Origin: Verrucomicrobiota bacterium | GTDB lineage: Bacteria > Verrucomicrobiota > Lentisphaeria > Lentisphaerales > Lentisphaeraceae | Direction: 5' to 3' | Assembly: GCA_039798785.1 (NCBI GenBank) | Contig: JBDKFG010000034.1 | Location: forward strand, 1-46,135 | Length of the DNA: 46,135 nt | In this document: one piece after another, positions 8,440 to 18,150 of the stretch | Numbering within the stretch: position 1 is the first letter of the stretch | How the letters are laid out: each line of letters opens with the position of its first letter | The notes under the pieces: model-generated | Databases searched by the model: none | Told to the model about the DNA's origin: nothing | The model's input: only the letters and a program-made list of their open reading frames with translations | Position numbers and translations under genes: made by a program

Positions 8440-9921
8440 ATGCGCAAGACCTTCCTCAGCGCCGCTCTCGCCCTCCTGCTGCTCTCGCCCGCCCTGCACG
8501 CCGCCCGTCAAATCCAGGACGAGCAGGACCGATCCCTCGTCCCCGCGGCGCTCAATCTCGCCTATCACCTCGCTGCCACCCAGCCCAACAGCCCCGCCCT
8601 CTCCGACCTCAGCGACTGGCTCAGCGCCGCCGACCCGGAAAACCTCGACATCAAAGCGCTCAAGGAAGCCCTGGTCTTCGGCGGCGCGGTGAAAGACCGC
8701 GGCGGCGATGCCAAGGCCCTGGCGGCGAAATTCGCCGCCGCCGCAGAAGCCGTCAAGGGAGCCCAGTTCCCCGCCGCACGCCGCAGCATCTACCTCGCCC
8801 TCGCCGTCAGCCTCGACAAAGACGACAAGAATTCCTTCGACCTGCTCCAGGACCTGAAGAGCTCCGGGCTCGAAGTCCGCGTCCCTCAACTCGTCCGCCA
8901 ACTCCCCGCCGCCACCTACCACGACCCCGAAATCGAAGCCCGCAAAGAAGCCGCCGCAGCAGCCGCCGCCGCCAAAGCAGTGGTCGACACCGGAAAGTCA
9001 AACCTCAGCCCCGAGGAAGAAAGGACCAAGATCCGCAAGCTTCTGATGCGGACGAAATTCCCTTCCTTCAACTACTCCGAAGCCAACGCCCTCGACGCCG
9101 TCAACCGCCTCAACCAGTTCTTCTACTGGCAAGGATTCTCCTTCGACATCCAGGGCGCCCGCCTCGGCATCATCGAACGGAAAAAAGCCGAGAACGGCTG
9201 CGTCTTCTTCGTCAGCCCCCTGCTCAAGCCCGAGCGCGACACCTGGCAGCTCCGCGATGTCACCGCCTACGAAATCCTGCAGAGCTTCTCCGATAACCTC
9301 AACATGGAATTCAACATCGTCGGCAACAAAGTGATTCTCGGCGACGGCAAACCCTCCGACCCGACCTACACCCCGCCCGGCGGCGTCGACCTCGAAAAGC
9401 TCGCCTCACGTCTGCGCGGCGGCGCCAAGGACGACATCGCCCGCTGGAAGGACAAGGAAATCAGCTTCAATGGCACCATCAGCGGCATCTCCGACCAAGA
9501 GAACAACACCCGCGCCATACTCCTCAACGGCGGCAAGGTCAAGCTTATGATCCGCCGCGTCGATGTCGACAACAACGGCTGGAATGAATTCATCAAACTG
9601 GTTTCAGCCGAAAAAGCCAAGAAGCCGACGAAAAACAACAACGGCGGTGGCAACAACAACGGCAACAACAACGGCAACAACAACAACGGCAACAACAACA
9701 ACGGCAACAACAACGGCGGCAACAACAACGGCGGCAACGGCCTTGATCCGGCGCCCCAAGTGACCGGATTGCGCTTGACAGGTTTCGCCACCATCGAGAA
9801 GATCGAGATGGACAAGATCACCCTGTCTAAAGGCAGCAAACTGGTTTTGGAAGGTCGCAAGCTGAAGATCCTGCGCACCGCCTTCGACCGTGAAGCAGAG
9901 GCAGATCTCGACGAACTCTAA
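8440..9921 (+). CDS. Secreted hypothetical protein with STN-like domain, OB-fold (tRNA_anti-like) region and Asn/Gly insert
   Basis: Signal peptide ending ALHA; KFPSFNYSEANALDAV...LRDVTAYEIL...MEFNIVGNKVIL (STN-like); ARWKDKEISFNGTISGI (OB-like); GC3-rich coding bias. Confidence 0.65.
   Translation: MRKTFLSAALALLLLSPALHAARQIQDEQDRSLVPAALNLAYHLAATQPNSPALSDLSDWLSAADPENLDIKALKEALVFGGAVKDRGGDAKALAAKFAAAAEAVKGAQFPAARRSIYLALAVSLDKDDKNSFDLLQDLKSSGLEVRVPQLVRQLPAATYHDPEIEARKEAAAAAAAAKAVVDTGKSNLSPEEERTKIRKLLMRTKFPSFNYSEANALDAVNRLNQFFYWQGFSFDIQGARLGIIERKKAENGCVFFVSPLLKPERDTWQLRDVTAYEILQSFSDNLNMEFNIVGNKVILGDGKPSDPTYTPPGGVDLEKLASRLRGGAKDDIARWKDKEISFNGTISGISDQENNTRAILLNGGKVKLMIRRVDVDNNGWNEFIKLVSAEKAKKPTKNNNGGGNNNGNNNGNNNNGNNNNGNNNGGNNNGGNGLDPAPQVTGLRLTGFATIEKIEMDKITLSKGSKLVLEGRKLKILRTAFDREAEADLDEL
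9634..9741 (+). repeat. (AAC)n/GGC low-complexity coding repeat (NNNG units)
   Basis: aacaacaacggc iterations read directly. Confidence 0.9.
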
Positions 9922-9948
9922 TACCCGAAAAAACATAAGGAGTCAATG

Positions 9949-10884
9949 ATGTACAAGCCCGCGACCTTCATCTTCCTCACAGGCACTCTCGCCTTCGGCA
10001 GCCTGTGGTTCGTCGAACGCTCCAAGAACGCTCAGGCCCCGGTGGCCAATCTGACCGGCACGCCGGATGCCGATCCCGCCACCATCAGGCTCAAATCCGA
10101 TCTTGTCGCCGCCCGCAAAAAAGCCGACGATCTCAGCAAGCAGTGTGAAGAGCTGGCGGCCGAACTCGAAAAGGCCAAGCGCTCCCCCGCCACCGCCGCC
10201 GCCGCGCCCAAGACCAAGACCAGCGAGCTGGCCGAATCGCGTTACAACGAAGTCGCCAACTCGATGAAGGAAATGGGCAAGCAGCGCATCGAAGCCGAAT
10301 ACGCCCGCCTCTTCAAGAAGCTCAACCTCAGCGCCGAAGAGCAGGAGAAATTCGTCAGCCAGATCATGGAGACCCAGATGCTCCGGATGAGCTCAGGCAT
10401 GAAGATCTGGCAGGAGAAGGACGAAACCAAGCGCAAAGAAATGAAGGACAAGCTGGACGAGGAACTCGCCGCAGCCGAAAAGGACACCGAAGCCCTCCTC
10501 GGTTCGCGCTACGCCCTGCTCCAGGATTACCGCGACAAACAGGGGGCTTACCACTCCCTCGACAACCTCAACGCCGTCCTCGGCGAAAAGTCCCTCCCTT
10601 CTCTTTCCGACGACAAGGTCGAGGAGCTCGCCAGTCTGATCAGCAGCACCGAGAAAGCCAATCCCTACTCGATCGACATCGAGGAGAAAGGCGGCTGGCG
10701 CCAGCTCAGTGACGAGGATCGCGAGACGGTCAGGAGCGAGCGCGAAGCCCGCAACGACAAGATCGTTGAGGCCAGCGGCTTGCCCGCCGAGCAGAAGGAG
10801 ATCCTCAAGGAGCAGCTCAACGACCCGCGGCGCGGTGGCCGTGGCGGCTTCGGTCGCGGCTTCTTCGGCGGTGGCCCTCGCTGA
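9949..10884 (+). CDS. Hypothetical membrane-anchored alpha-helical protein with RGG/FG-rich tail (paralog of 4916..5785); start could be 9946
   Basis: AAGGAG SD; N-terminal TM; coiled coil; tail RRGGRGGFGRGFFGGGPR. Confidence 0.85.
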   Translation: MYKPATFIFLTGTLAFGSLWFVERSKNAQAPVANLTGTPDADPATIRLKSDLVAARKKADDLSKQCEELAAELEKAKRSPATAAAAPKTKTSELAESRYNEVANSMKEMGKQRIEAEYARLFKKLNLSAEEQEKFVSQIMETQMLRMSSGMKIWQEKDETKRKEMKDKLDEELAAAEKDTEALLGSRYALLQDYRDKQGAYHSLDNLNAVLGEKSLPSLSDDKVEELASLISSTEKANPYSIDIEEKGGWRQLSDEDRETVRSEREARNDKIVEASGLPAEQKEILKEQLNDPRRGGRGGFGRGFFGGGPR

Positions 10885-10901
10885 TCCCTGCGCTTGCCCA
10901 C

Positions 10902-10936
10902 AGCCCTCTCCCGACAAGGGAGGGGGCTTTTGCTTT
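10902..10936 (+). terminator. Rho-independent terminator
   Basis: agccctctccc-gacaa-gggagggggct stem followed by tttgcttt. Confidence 0.8.
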
Positions 10937-11058
10937 GCGCGCAATCTAACCTAACGGCACATTCCCCTGCACCCCCGCCCCCCGGTCCCTGCCCTGGATT
11001 ACGCGATCCTAGAAGGCCCCGCGGCTACAGTGTTCATTTCATCGTCTCAGGAGCTTCC

Positions 11059-12006
11059 TCAACTTGTCCTTCCGAGACAGACACGCTCGGCGATCCGCGC
11101 CGCCAGTCGCGCCGCGACACGGGCGCTGTGGCCGTCGATGTCGTAATCTGGATTGAGTTCGGCGATGTCGGCAAGACGGACCTTGCCGCTGCCCATCACC
11201 AGGTCGAGTAGAGGTTCGAGCACTTCCAGGCCAACGCCGCGCGGGGCAGGAGCGGAAACCCCGGGGACCAGGCTGAGAGGAAGGACGTCGAGACAAACGG
11301 TGAGATAGACGGAGTCGACGCCGGCGAGAAAAGCCTCCAGCTCCATCTTTGCGGCAGGCAGTTCGGCCAGGCTCAGTCTTTCATCTTCTCGCCAGAGGAC
11401 GCCGAACTGACGGGCCCGGGCGTAGAGGGCCGCGGTGTTGGCGTAGCGCGAGACCCCCATGCAGGCATAGGCGAAGGGCCAGCCGCGGCGGCTGCAGTCT
11501 TCAGCGATCTGGCGAAAGGGGGTGCCGGAATTGCCGGGCTCGCCGGCGCGGAGATCGAAATGGGCGTCGAAGTTGACGATGCCGATCTTCGGCGTCGGGC
11601 CCCCTTCTAGATGCCTCGCCAGGCCCTGGAAGCTGGCCCAGGCGATCTCGTGGCCGCCGCCGAGGCCGAGGGGGAAGTGGCCAGCGGCAAGAAGCTTGCC
11701 GACAGCCCTTGCAAAAGCCTCTTGAGCCTCCTCAAGCCCGTCACCTTGACAGGAAATGTCGCCGGCCTCAAGACGCGGCAGCCCGTCATGAAGAGGCAAT
11801 TTGGCGAGCGCCTTGCGGATCTCGTCGGGAGCTCCGGCTGCCCCCGGCCGGCCAAGATTGCGCCGCACCCCGGCATCGCAGGCGAAGCCGAGAATGGCCA
11901 GCCCTGGCTCCGCGTCCTCCCGAAGCGCCGTCACCGCCTCGTGCCAGCGCCGGGTCGAACCGGCCGGATCGTCGTCCCTTCTCCCCTGCCAAGGTGTCGA
12001 TTCCAT
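11059..12006 (-). CDS. hutG: Formimidoylglutamase (arginase family)
   Basis: WQGR.D, GFACDAGVRRNLGRPGA, GGGHEIA, NFDAHFDLR, SGTPF, CLDVL...PGVSAP, AELNP. Confidence 0.92.
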   Translation of the reverse strand: MESTPWQGRRDDDPAGSTRRWHEAVTALREDAEPGLAILGFACDAGVRRNLGRPGAAGAPDEIRKALAKLPLHDGLPRLEAGDISCQGDGLEEAQEAFARAVGKLLAAGHFPLGLGGGHEIAWASFQGLARHLEGGPTPKIGIVNFDAHFDLRAGEPGNSGTPFRQIAEDCSRRGWPFAYACMGVSRYANTAALYARARQFGVLWREDERLSLAELPAAKMELEAFLAGVDSVYLTVCLDVLPLSLVPGVSAPAPRGVGLEVLEPLLDLVMGSGKVRLADIAELNPDYDIDGHSARVAARLAARIAERVCLGRTS

Positions 12007-12166
12007 GTAAAGCTCCTTCCTTGATTGCTTGACTAGACAATAGCTTTGATTTCCTCGATGCCACGGCGAATGAAATTCAAACTTGTCGTTACTAGAAGGA
12101 GGCAGAGAATGGGAATCGGCTTAAGTTGGCAGCGATTACGAATCATCAGCGCTCAAGGAGGAAGCC

Positions 12167-13753
12167 ATGAATCCTGAAGCCCCCCGCATTCTGGTCGTCG
12201 ACGATTCGCCGGAGAATCTTCGCATCATCACCGCGATTTTGAACGAGACTGGGAGGTTCCAGATCTACGTGGCGTCCACCGGTTCGGAGGCCCTGCTGGT
12301 CGCCTGCGAGAAGAGTCCCGACCTGATCCTGCTTGACGTCAGCATGCCGGAAATGGACGGCTTTGAGACCTGCCAGGTCCTGCATTCGGAAAGCCATTGC
12401 CGGGACATCCCGGTGATCTTCCTTTCGGCCCGGACCGGGGCGGAGGACATCACCCGCGCCTTCGAAGTGGGGGGTAGCGACTACCTGACCAAGCCGATCA
12501 ACACCCGCGAGCTGATCAGCCGTGTCGACAAGGTCCTGGGGCTGCACCGGCAGGCTGTGCAACTCGGCACGACTGCCGCCGGCACCGAGCAGCTGCTGCG
12601 CAGCCGCGACGAAGCCTTGCAGGCATGTCGGGCCGCGCAGGAGATGAACCAGAAGCGCGGCGACATCATGGCTATGATGTCGCACGAATTGCGGACTCCG
12701 CTGAACGGCATCCTCGGCGCCGCCGCGATCCTCGCCAAGCTGGAGATCGGGCCCGAGGTCCGCTCCCTGGTCGGCGTCATCCAGCAGAGTGGCGAAGGGC
12801 TCCTCAGCCTGCTCAACAATCTTCTCGACCTTTCCGACATCCAGCAGGGCGCGATCACTCTCGAGAGCCAGAGCCTTGACATCGCCAAGATCGTCGAAGG
12901 GCTTTTCAGCTTCCTGCTGCCGGCGGCGGAAAGCAAGGGACTGAGCCTGCGCGTCACGGTCGACAGCCATGCCCCGCCGCAGGCTGTCGGCGACCCCGGC
13001 CGCATCCGCCAGATCCTCCTCAACCTGCTCGACAACGCGCTGAAGTTCACGGCCCAGGGCGAGGTGACCTTGAAGTACGACTGGAGGGAGAGCCAGGCAG
13101 GCAAGATCCTGCTGCGCTTCGAAGTGAAAGACACCGGCATCGGCATCCCGCTGGCCCGGGGCAACGAGATCTTCAAGCCCTACATCCAGGGCGACGGCAG
13201 CACCACCCGCCGCCACGGCGGCGCCGGGCTCGGGCTCGGCATGGTCCGCGGCCTCTGCCAGCTGATGGGCGGCGACGTCACGTACAGCAGCCAGCCAGGA
13301 GTCGGCTCGACCTTCTCCGCCTGGATCGAGGTCAAGAAGTCACAGCCTCAGCCGGCCGTTCAGGCGGGCGGCGACAAGCTTCGAGAGCTGCGCGTCCTCG
13401 TCGCCGAGGACAACCTGATCAACCAGATGCTGATCAGCCGCATCCTCCGCCTTTGGGGCATCAAGGCGAGGGTCTGCAGCGACGGCCGCGGCGCCCTCGC
13501 CACTGCGCTGAACGAGCCTTTCGACCTGATCCTGATGGATCTGCACATGCCCTTCATGGACGGCCGAGAAGTCGCCACCGAGATCCGCCGCCAGCCCGGC
13601 CGCCAGCCCTTCATCTGCGCCATCACCGCCGACGACAGCAGCAGCGCCCGCGAGGACTGCCTGGCAGTGGGGATGGAAGCGTTCATCTCCAAGCCCTACA
13701 CGCCGGAGCGCCTGCTGGAAATCTGCCGCCAGGTCGCGGCGGAGCGCCTGTGA
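12167..13753 (+). CDS. Cytoplasmic hybrid histidine kinase REC-HisKA-HATPase-REC
   Basis: ILVVDD..DLILLDVSMPEMDG; MSHELRTPLNG; NALKFT, DTGIGI, GAGLGL; VLVAEDN..DLILMD; AGGAGG SD. Confidence 0.92.
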   Translation: MNPEAPRILVVDDSPENLRIITAILNETGRFQIYVASTGSEALLVACEKSPDLILLDVSMPEMDGFETCQVLHSESHCRDIPVIFLSARTGAEDITRAFEVGGSDYLTKPINTRELISRVDKVLGLHRQAVQLGTTAAGTEQLLRSRDEALQACRAAQEMNQKRGDIMAMMSHELRTPLNGILGAAAILAKLEIGPEVRSLVGVIQQSGEGLLSLLNNLLDLSDIQQGAITLESQSLDIAKIVEGLFSFLLPAAESKGLSLRVTVDSHAPPQAVGDPGRIRQILLNLLDNALKFTAQGEVTLKYDWRESQAGKILLRFEVKDTGIGIPLARGNEIFKPYIQGDGSTTRRHGGAGLGLGMVRGLCQLMGGDVTYSSQPGVGSTFSAWIEVKKSQPQPAVQAGGDKLRELRVLVAEDNLINQMLISRILRLWGIKARVCSDGRGALATALNEPFDLILMDLHMPFMDGREVATEIRRQPGRQPFICAITADDSSSAREDCLAVGMEAFISKPYTPERLLEICRQVAAERL

Positions 13754-13844
13754 TGTCATCGCGCCCAGGGAGCGTCAAGGAGGACTCCATGGATCTCGAC
13801 CGCAAAGCCCGGTGCGACGGCGCTCCTGAAGCCGGGAGCGCCAC

Positions 13845-15239
13845 ATGAACCGGCCTCTGGTGATGATCGTCGACGACGTCCCGGACAATATCCAGGTCGC
13901 CGCCCGCTTCCTCCAGGAGGACGGCTGCAGCGTCGCCTTCGCCACCAGCGGCGCCCAGGCCCTGCAGGCGTTGGCCCGGCTGCGGCCGCAGCTCATCCTC
14001 CTCGACATCGACATGCCGGAGATGAACGGCTTCCAGCTGATCGAGAAGCTCGCCGCCCATCCCGACACCGCACAGATCCCGGTGATCTTCCTCACGGCGA
14101 TGAACGACGACAAGTCCCTGCAGGCCGGCTTCCAGCTCGGCGCCGTCGACTTCATCACCAAGCCTTTCCGCAGCGTCGAGCTATGCAGCCGGGTCCGCAC
14201 CCACATCCGTCTGCGCAAGGCCGAGCTGCGGGCCGAGGCCGCCAGCCGCAGCAAGAGCCGCTTCCTCGCCAACATCAGCCACGAGCTGCGGACGCCGCTC
14301 AACTCCGTCCTCGGATGGGTCGAGATGCTGCAGCTGCGCCGCCCCGACGAGGCCACCCGCAACGCTCTCGACAACATCGAGCGCAGCGGCAAGAGCCTGC
14401 TCGGGCTGATCAACGAGCTGCTCGACCTCGCCAGCGCCGAGGAGGGCAGGATGAAGCTGAGCGAAGAGGACTGCTCGCTGCTGCATCTGGTGGAGGATGT
14501 CGTCCAGGAGCTCCTCCCCCTGGTCGAACGCCGCCGCCTGCAGCTGCAGGTCGACTGCGCCCCCCGCTGCCAGGATGCCATTCACAGCGACCCCCGCCGT
14601 CTCCGCCAGATCCTCCTCAACCTCCTCTCCAACGCGGTGAAGTTCACCGACTCCGGCACCATCCGCCTGAAAGTGGCGACCGAAGCCGCCGACCGAGGCC
14701 TGCGTCTGCGCCTCCAGGTCGAGGACAGCGGCATCGGCATTTCGGCGGAGGAGCAGGCACGGATCTTCGCCCCCTTTTGGCAGGCCGAGGATCATCGCGT
14801 CCGGCACCGCGGCGGCACCGGACTCGGTCTGCCGATCAGCCGCACCCTCTGCGAAATGATGGGAGGAAGCCTCACGGTCAGCAGCTCTCCCGGGGCCGGC
14901 AGCGTCTTCACCGCCGAAATCCTCGTCCGTGCGGCCCTCGATCCCGGTTTCGCTTCGCCGGGAAGTCCGCGGCCCGTCGAAGCCCGGGGCACTGCCGTTC
15001 CCGACCCGGCGATGCGCGCCGCCCTGCTGCAGCAGATCCGTCTCTTTCTCGCCGACGGCAGCTTCAACCAGGCCAGCGCCCTCGGGCAGCTGCTCGGCCA
15101 TCTCCCCCCCGAAATCCGCCACGGACGCTGCGCCCCCGCTTTCTCCCGGGTGCTGCGCGACATCCACGGCTTCGCCTTCACCTCCCTCAAGCAAAGCTGC
15201 GGCGAGCTCGCGGTCGAATTGGAGGCTTTTCAACCATGA
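13845..15239 (+). CDS. Cytoplasmic hybrid histidine kinase REC-HisKA-HATPase
   Basis: MIVDD..LILLDIDMPEMNG; ISHELRTPLN; NAVKFT, DSGIGI, GTGLGL. Confidence 0.92.
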   Translation: MNRPLVMIVDDVPDNIQVAARFLQEDGCSVAFATSGAQALQALARLRPQLILLDIDMPEMNGFQLIEKLAAHPDTAQIPVIFLTAMNDDKSLQAGFQLGAVDFITKPFRSVELCSRVRTHIRLRKAELRAEAASRSKSRFLANISHELRTPLNSVLGWVEMLQLRRPDEATRNALDNIERSGKSLLGLINELLDLASAEEGRMKLSEEDCSLLHLVEDVVQELLPLVERRRLQLQVDCAPRCQDAIHSDPRRLRQILLNLLSNAVKFTDSGTIRLKVATEAADRGLRLRLQVEDSGIGISAEEQARIFAPFWQAEDHRVRHRGGTGLGLPISRTLCEMMGGSLTVSSSPGAGSVFTAEILVRAALDPGFASPGSPRPVEARGTAVPDPAMRAALLQQIRLFLADGSFNQASALGQLLGHLPPEIRHGRCAPAFSRVLRDIHGFAFTSLKQSCGELAVELEAFQP

Positions 15240-17926
15240 AGCGCCTGCTGCCGCTGCTGCTGCTCCTCGAACTCCCGCTCGCCGCCGAGGAGCCGCCGCC
15301 GCCGCCAAGAGCGGCCGAACACGCGCTGATCGTCTCCAACTACCTCCTGCGCTTCGCCGAAAACATCACCTGGCCGAAAAAAGCCGATCGTGCCTCCCTC
15401 AACATCTGCGTCCTCGGCAAGGAGAATGACGGAGTCACCGAGAAACTCAAGAAATTCGCCAAGACAACCCGCATCCATCAACTTCCTCTGGAGATCCGCA
15501 GCGCCGCCGGTCTCGACCAGGTCGGCGATGCCGACCTGGTCTTCGTTCCTTCAGGCGGCAAGGATCTGCTGCGCGAACTCCTCTACCGGGTCGAGGGGCG
15601 CCCCGTCCTTGTCGTCAGCGAGGATTATGAAAACAAACGACTGGCGATGGTCAACCTGACCACGTTCGACCGGAAGATCCGTTTTGAGATCAACAAGCCC
15701 AACGTCCTGAACCAGGGTCTGGAAGTGGCGCCGGAACTGGTCCTCCACGGCGGCACCGAGATCGACGTCGCCCGCATCTACAAGGACGCCAAGACCTCTC
15801 TGATGGAAATGGAGAACAAGCTTCTCGACCAGGCCAAGCGCTTCGAGCTGCAGCAGCGCAATCTCGGCGCCGCCGAGGCCGAGGCGAAGCGCTTCAGTCT
15901 CGAGGCCAAGCGCCTCGAAGGCGAGATCGCCAAGAGCTCCGACGAGGCGCTCCGGCTCGAAAGCCTGCTCCACAACGCCCGCCGCGAACTGCTGCTGAAG
16001 AACCAGTCGATGAACGAGCTCAAGCTGGCGCTTGAGCGGCTCGGCATCGAGCTGCGGCAGTCCCAAGACACCATCGCCGCCCAGAAGGCGAGCATCCTCG
16101 AGCAGGAGAAGGAGCTCGGCAAGCTCGCCGGCGAAAAGCTCCGCCTCAGCACCGAGATCCAGCAGAGCGCCGGCGCCCTCACAGCCCGCAACGCCGTCCT
16201 CGAAGCCAGGAACCGCGAGGTCGAGGCGAAGAGCCTGGAGGTCGAGAAGGTCAGCCGCGAGATCCGCTCGAGCCGGGCCGTCCTGCAAAGCCAGGAGGCG
16301 ACCATCGCCCAGCAGAAGCTGACCATGAGCCGCCAGACCGACGCCCTGCAGGAGCAGCGCCGCTTCAATCGCCTCCTCCTCATCACCATCCTCATCTCGG
16401 GCTTCACCGCCATCCTCGCCGTCGCCGCCTGGCGCAAGGTCGCAAGGCAGCGCCGCGCCATCAGCCAGCGCCACCAAGAGCTGCAGGAGCTGCAGAACAG
16501 CCTGGTGGTGGCGAAGAGCCTGGCCGAGGCCTCCCGCGCCGAAGCCGAACACGCCAACCAGGCGAAAAGCATCTTCCTCGCCAACATGTCGCACGAGATC
16601 CGCACTCCGATGAACGCCATCCTCGGCTTCACCGAGCTCCTCGCCCGACGCACTCCGGACGCCGAATCGAGACGCTACCTCGACAGTGTCCAATCCAGCG
16701 GCGAAACCCTCCTCACCTTGATCAACGACATCCTCGATCTCTCCCGCATCGAGGCCGGCCGCCTCGAGATCAAGACCTCTCCCACTTGCATCCCCCCGCT
16801 CATCGAGGAGATCCACCAGCTCTTCCTCCCCCTCGCCGAACGCAAGCGCATCAACCTCGAGATCGACGCCGCCCCCGAGCTCGGCGTCACCGCCGTCCTC
16901 ATCGACCGCCACCGCCTCCGCCAAATCCTCGGCAACCTCGTCAGCAACGCCATCAAGTTCACCCATCAGGGCGGCGTCCGGATCAGCGCCCGCAGCCAGC
17001 TCCTCCCCTCCGGGCTGATCAGCCTCGAACTTGAAGTCGCCGACAGCGGCGAAGGCATCCCCGACGCCGACAAGGAACGGGTCTTCGCCGCCTTCATGCA
17101 GAAAAGCGGCCAGTCCGCCGCCGTCCACGGCGGCACCGGCCTCGGCCTCGCCATCAGCCGCGACCTCGCCGAACTACTCGGCGGTGCGCTCAGCCTCCGC
17201 GACGCCCCAGGGGGCGGCAGCATCTTCACCCTCAGCTTCCCCTCACTCAGGACTGGAACCGCCGCCGCGCCGGAAGAAGGACCGAAGATGGGCTACCGCT
17301 TCGCGCCCGCCCACATCCTCGCCGCCGACGACAGCCCGGTCAACCTGCAGCTTCTCCGCGACATCCTCGCCGAACAGCCCGACCTGAGCCTGGAGACCGT
17401 CTCCGACGGCGACGCCGCCCTTGCCGCCGCACGCCGCCGCCGCCCCGACCTCATTCTCCTCGATCTCAAGATGGCGCCTGTCAACGGCGCCGATGCCGCC
17501 CGCCAGCTGCGCGATGATCCGGCCCTCTCCTCCATCCCCCGCCTCAGCGCCAGCGCCGCGGTCTTCGACACGGTCGAGGAAGGCCTATTCGCCGAAAGCC
17601 TCGCCAAGCCCTATCATCCGCAGCAGCTCTTCGCCCTCCTGGCCCGCCACCTCCCTCATCAAGTGAGCCGCGAGAATCGCGAGGCCTCCCGCCTCGCCAG
17701 CCCTCTGCCCGGCCTGCCGCAGGAGATCCGCGACGCCGCCGCCGCTCTGCTCCTGGCGCCCGAGTCAGAGGGCCTGCAATCGCTCCTCCGGCAACTCGAA
17801 GCGGAATACGGTCGCAACGCCGAGCCCAGTCTCGACGAATTCATCGCCAGCTTCCGCCGCGACCTGCAAAGCTTCGACACCAACCGCATCCTCATCTCCC
17901 TCGAAGCCCTGATCCTGGCAAAATGA
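15236..17926 (+). CDS. Membrane hybrid histidine kinase with YfiR/HmsC-like (DUF4154) sensor, long coiled coil, TM, HisKA-HATPase-REC
   Basis: ATG 15236 overlaps the upstream stop and has a GGAGG SD; signal peptide; YLLRFAENITWP...ICVLG...IRFEIN (YfiR-like); TM LLLITILISGFTAILAVAAW; MSHEIRTPMNAI; REC ILAADD..LILLD. Confidence 0.88.
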   Translation: MKRLLPLLLLLELPLAAEEPPPPPRAAEHALIVSNYLLRFAENITWPKKADRASLNICVLGKENDGVTEKLKKFAKTTRIHQLPLEIRSAAGLDQVGDADLVFVPSGGKDLLRELLYRVEGRPVLVVSEDYENKRLAMVNLTTFDRKIRFEINKPNVLNQGLEVAPELVLHGGTEIDVARIYKDAKTSLMEMENKLLDQAKRFELQQRNLGAAEAEAKRFSLEAKRLEGEIAKSSDEALRLESLLHNARRELLLKNQSMNELKLALERLGIELRQSQDTIAAQKASILEQEKELGKLAGEKLRLSTEIQQSAGALTARNAVLEARNREVEAKSLEVEKVSREIRSSRAVLQSQEATIAQQKLTMSRQTDALQEQRRFNRLLLITILISGFTAILAVAAWRKVARQRRAISQRHQELQELQNSLVVAKSLAEASRAEAEHANQAKSIFLANMSHEIRTPMNAILGFTELLARRTPDAESRRYLDSVQSSGETLLTLINDILDLSRIEAGRLEIKTSPTCIPPLIEEIHQLFLPLAERKRINLEIDAAPELGVTAVLIDRHRLRQILGNLVSNAIKFTHQGGVRISARSQLLPSGLISLELEVADSGEGIPDADKERVFAAFMQKSGQSAAVHGGTGLGLAISRDLAELLGGALSLRDAPGGGSIFTLSFPSLRTGTAAAPEEGPKMGYRFAPAHILAADDSPVNLQLLRDILAEQPDLSLETVSDGDAALAAARRRRPDLILLDLKMAPVNGADAARQLRDDPALSSIPRLSASAAVFDTVEEGLFAESLAKPYHPQQLFALLARHLPHQVSRENREASRLASPLPGLPQEIRDAAAALLLAPESEGLQSLLRQLEAEYGRNAEPSLDEFIASFRRDLQSFDTNRILISLEALILAK

Positions 17927-17934
17927 CTCAGGGC

Positions 17935-18107
17935 AACGCGGAAGACGCAAACCGCGGAATCAACTGCAGAATATTTCGACCAGTATCACTCGAAGGAACG
18001 AAGAGGCGAAGAGAGCAGATGGCAACAAAAGGGACAAAGAGCACAAAAGGCGGCGTTTCGCTCTTTGCCGATCACCCTTTCTGCGTTGTTCTGCGTCTTC
18101 TGCGCTT
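17935..18107. repeat. Intergenic REP/MITE-like element with imperfect inverted ends made of ~9-10-nt iterations
   Basis: aacgcggaagacgcaaa (17935) vs ttctgcgttgttctgcgtcttctgcgctt (~18079-18107); internal caacaaaagggacaaagagcacaaaagg iterations. Confidence 0.45.
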
Positions 18108-18150
18108 GGCTTGATTTGGAGTCATACAGGTCGGAATTTTTGGGGGGGGA

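Noticed and set aside
14183..15235. N-terminal 351-aa extension of the YfiR kinase ORF
   Set aside because: Overlaps the real kinase 13845..15239 in another frame; R/P-rich junk. True start is ATG 15236 with SD and signal peptide.
17923..18114. 63-aa ORF overlapping the kinase stop
   Set aside because: Translation of the repeat element; no coding evidence
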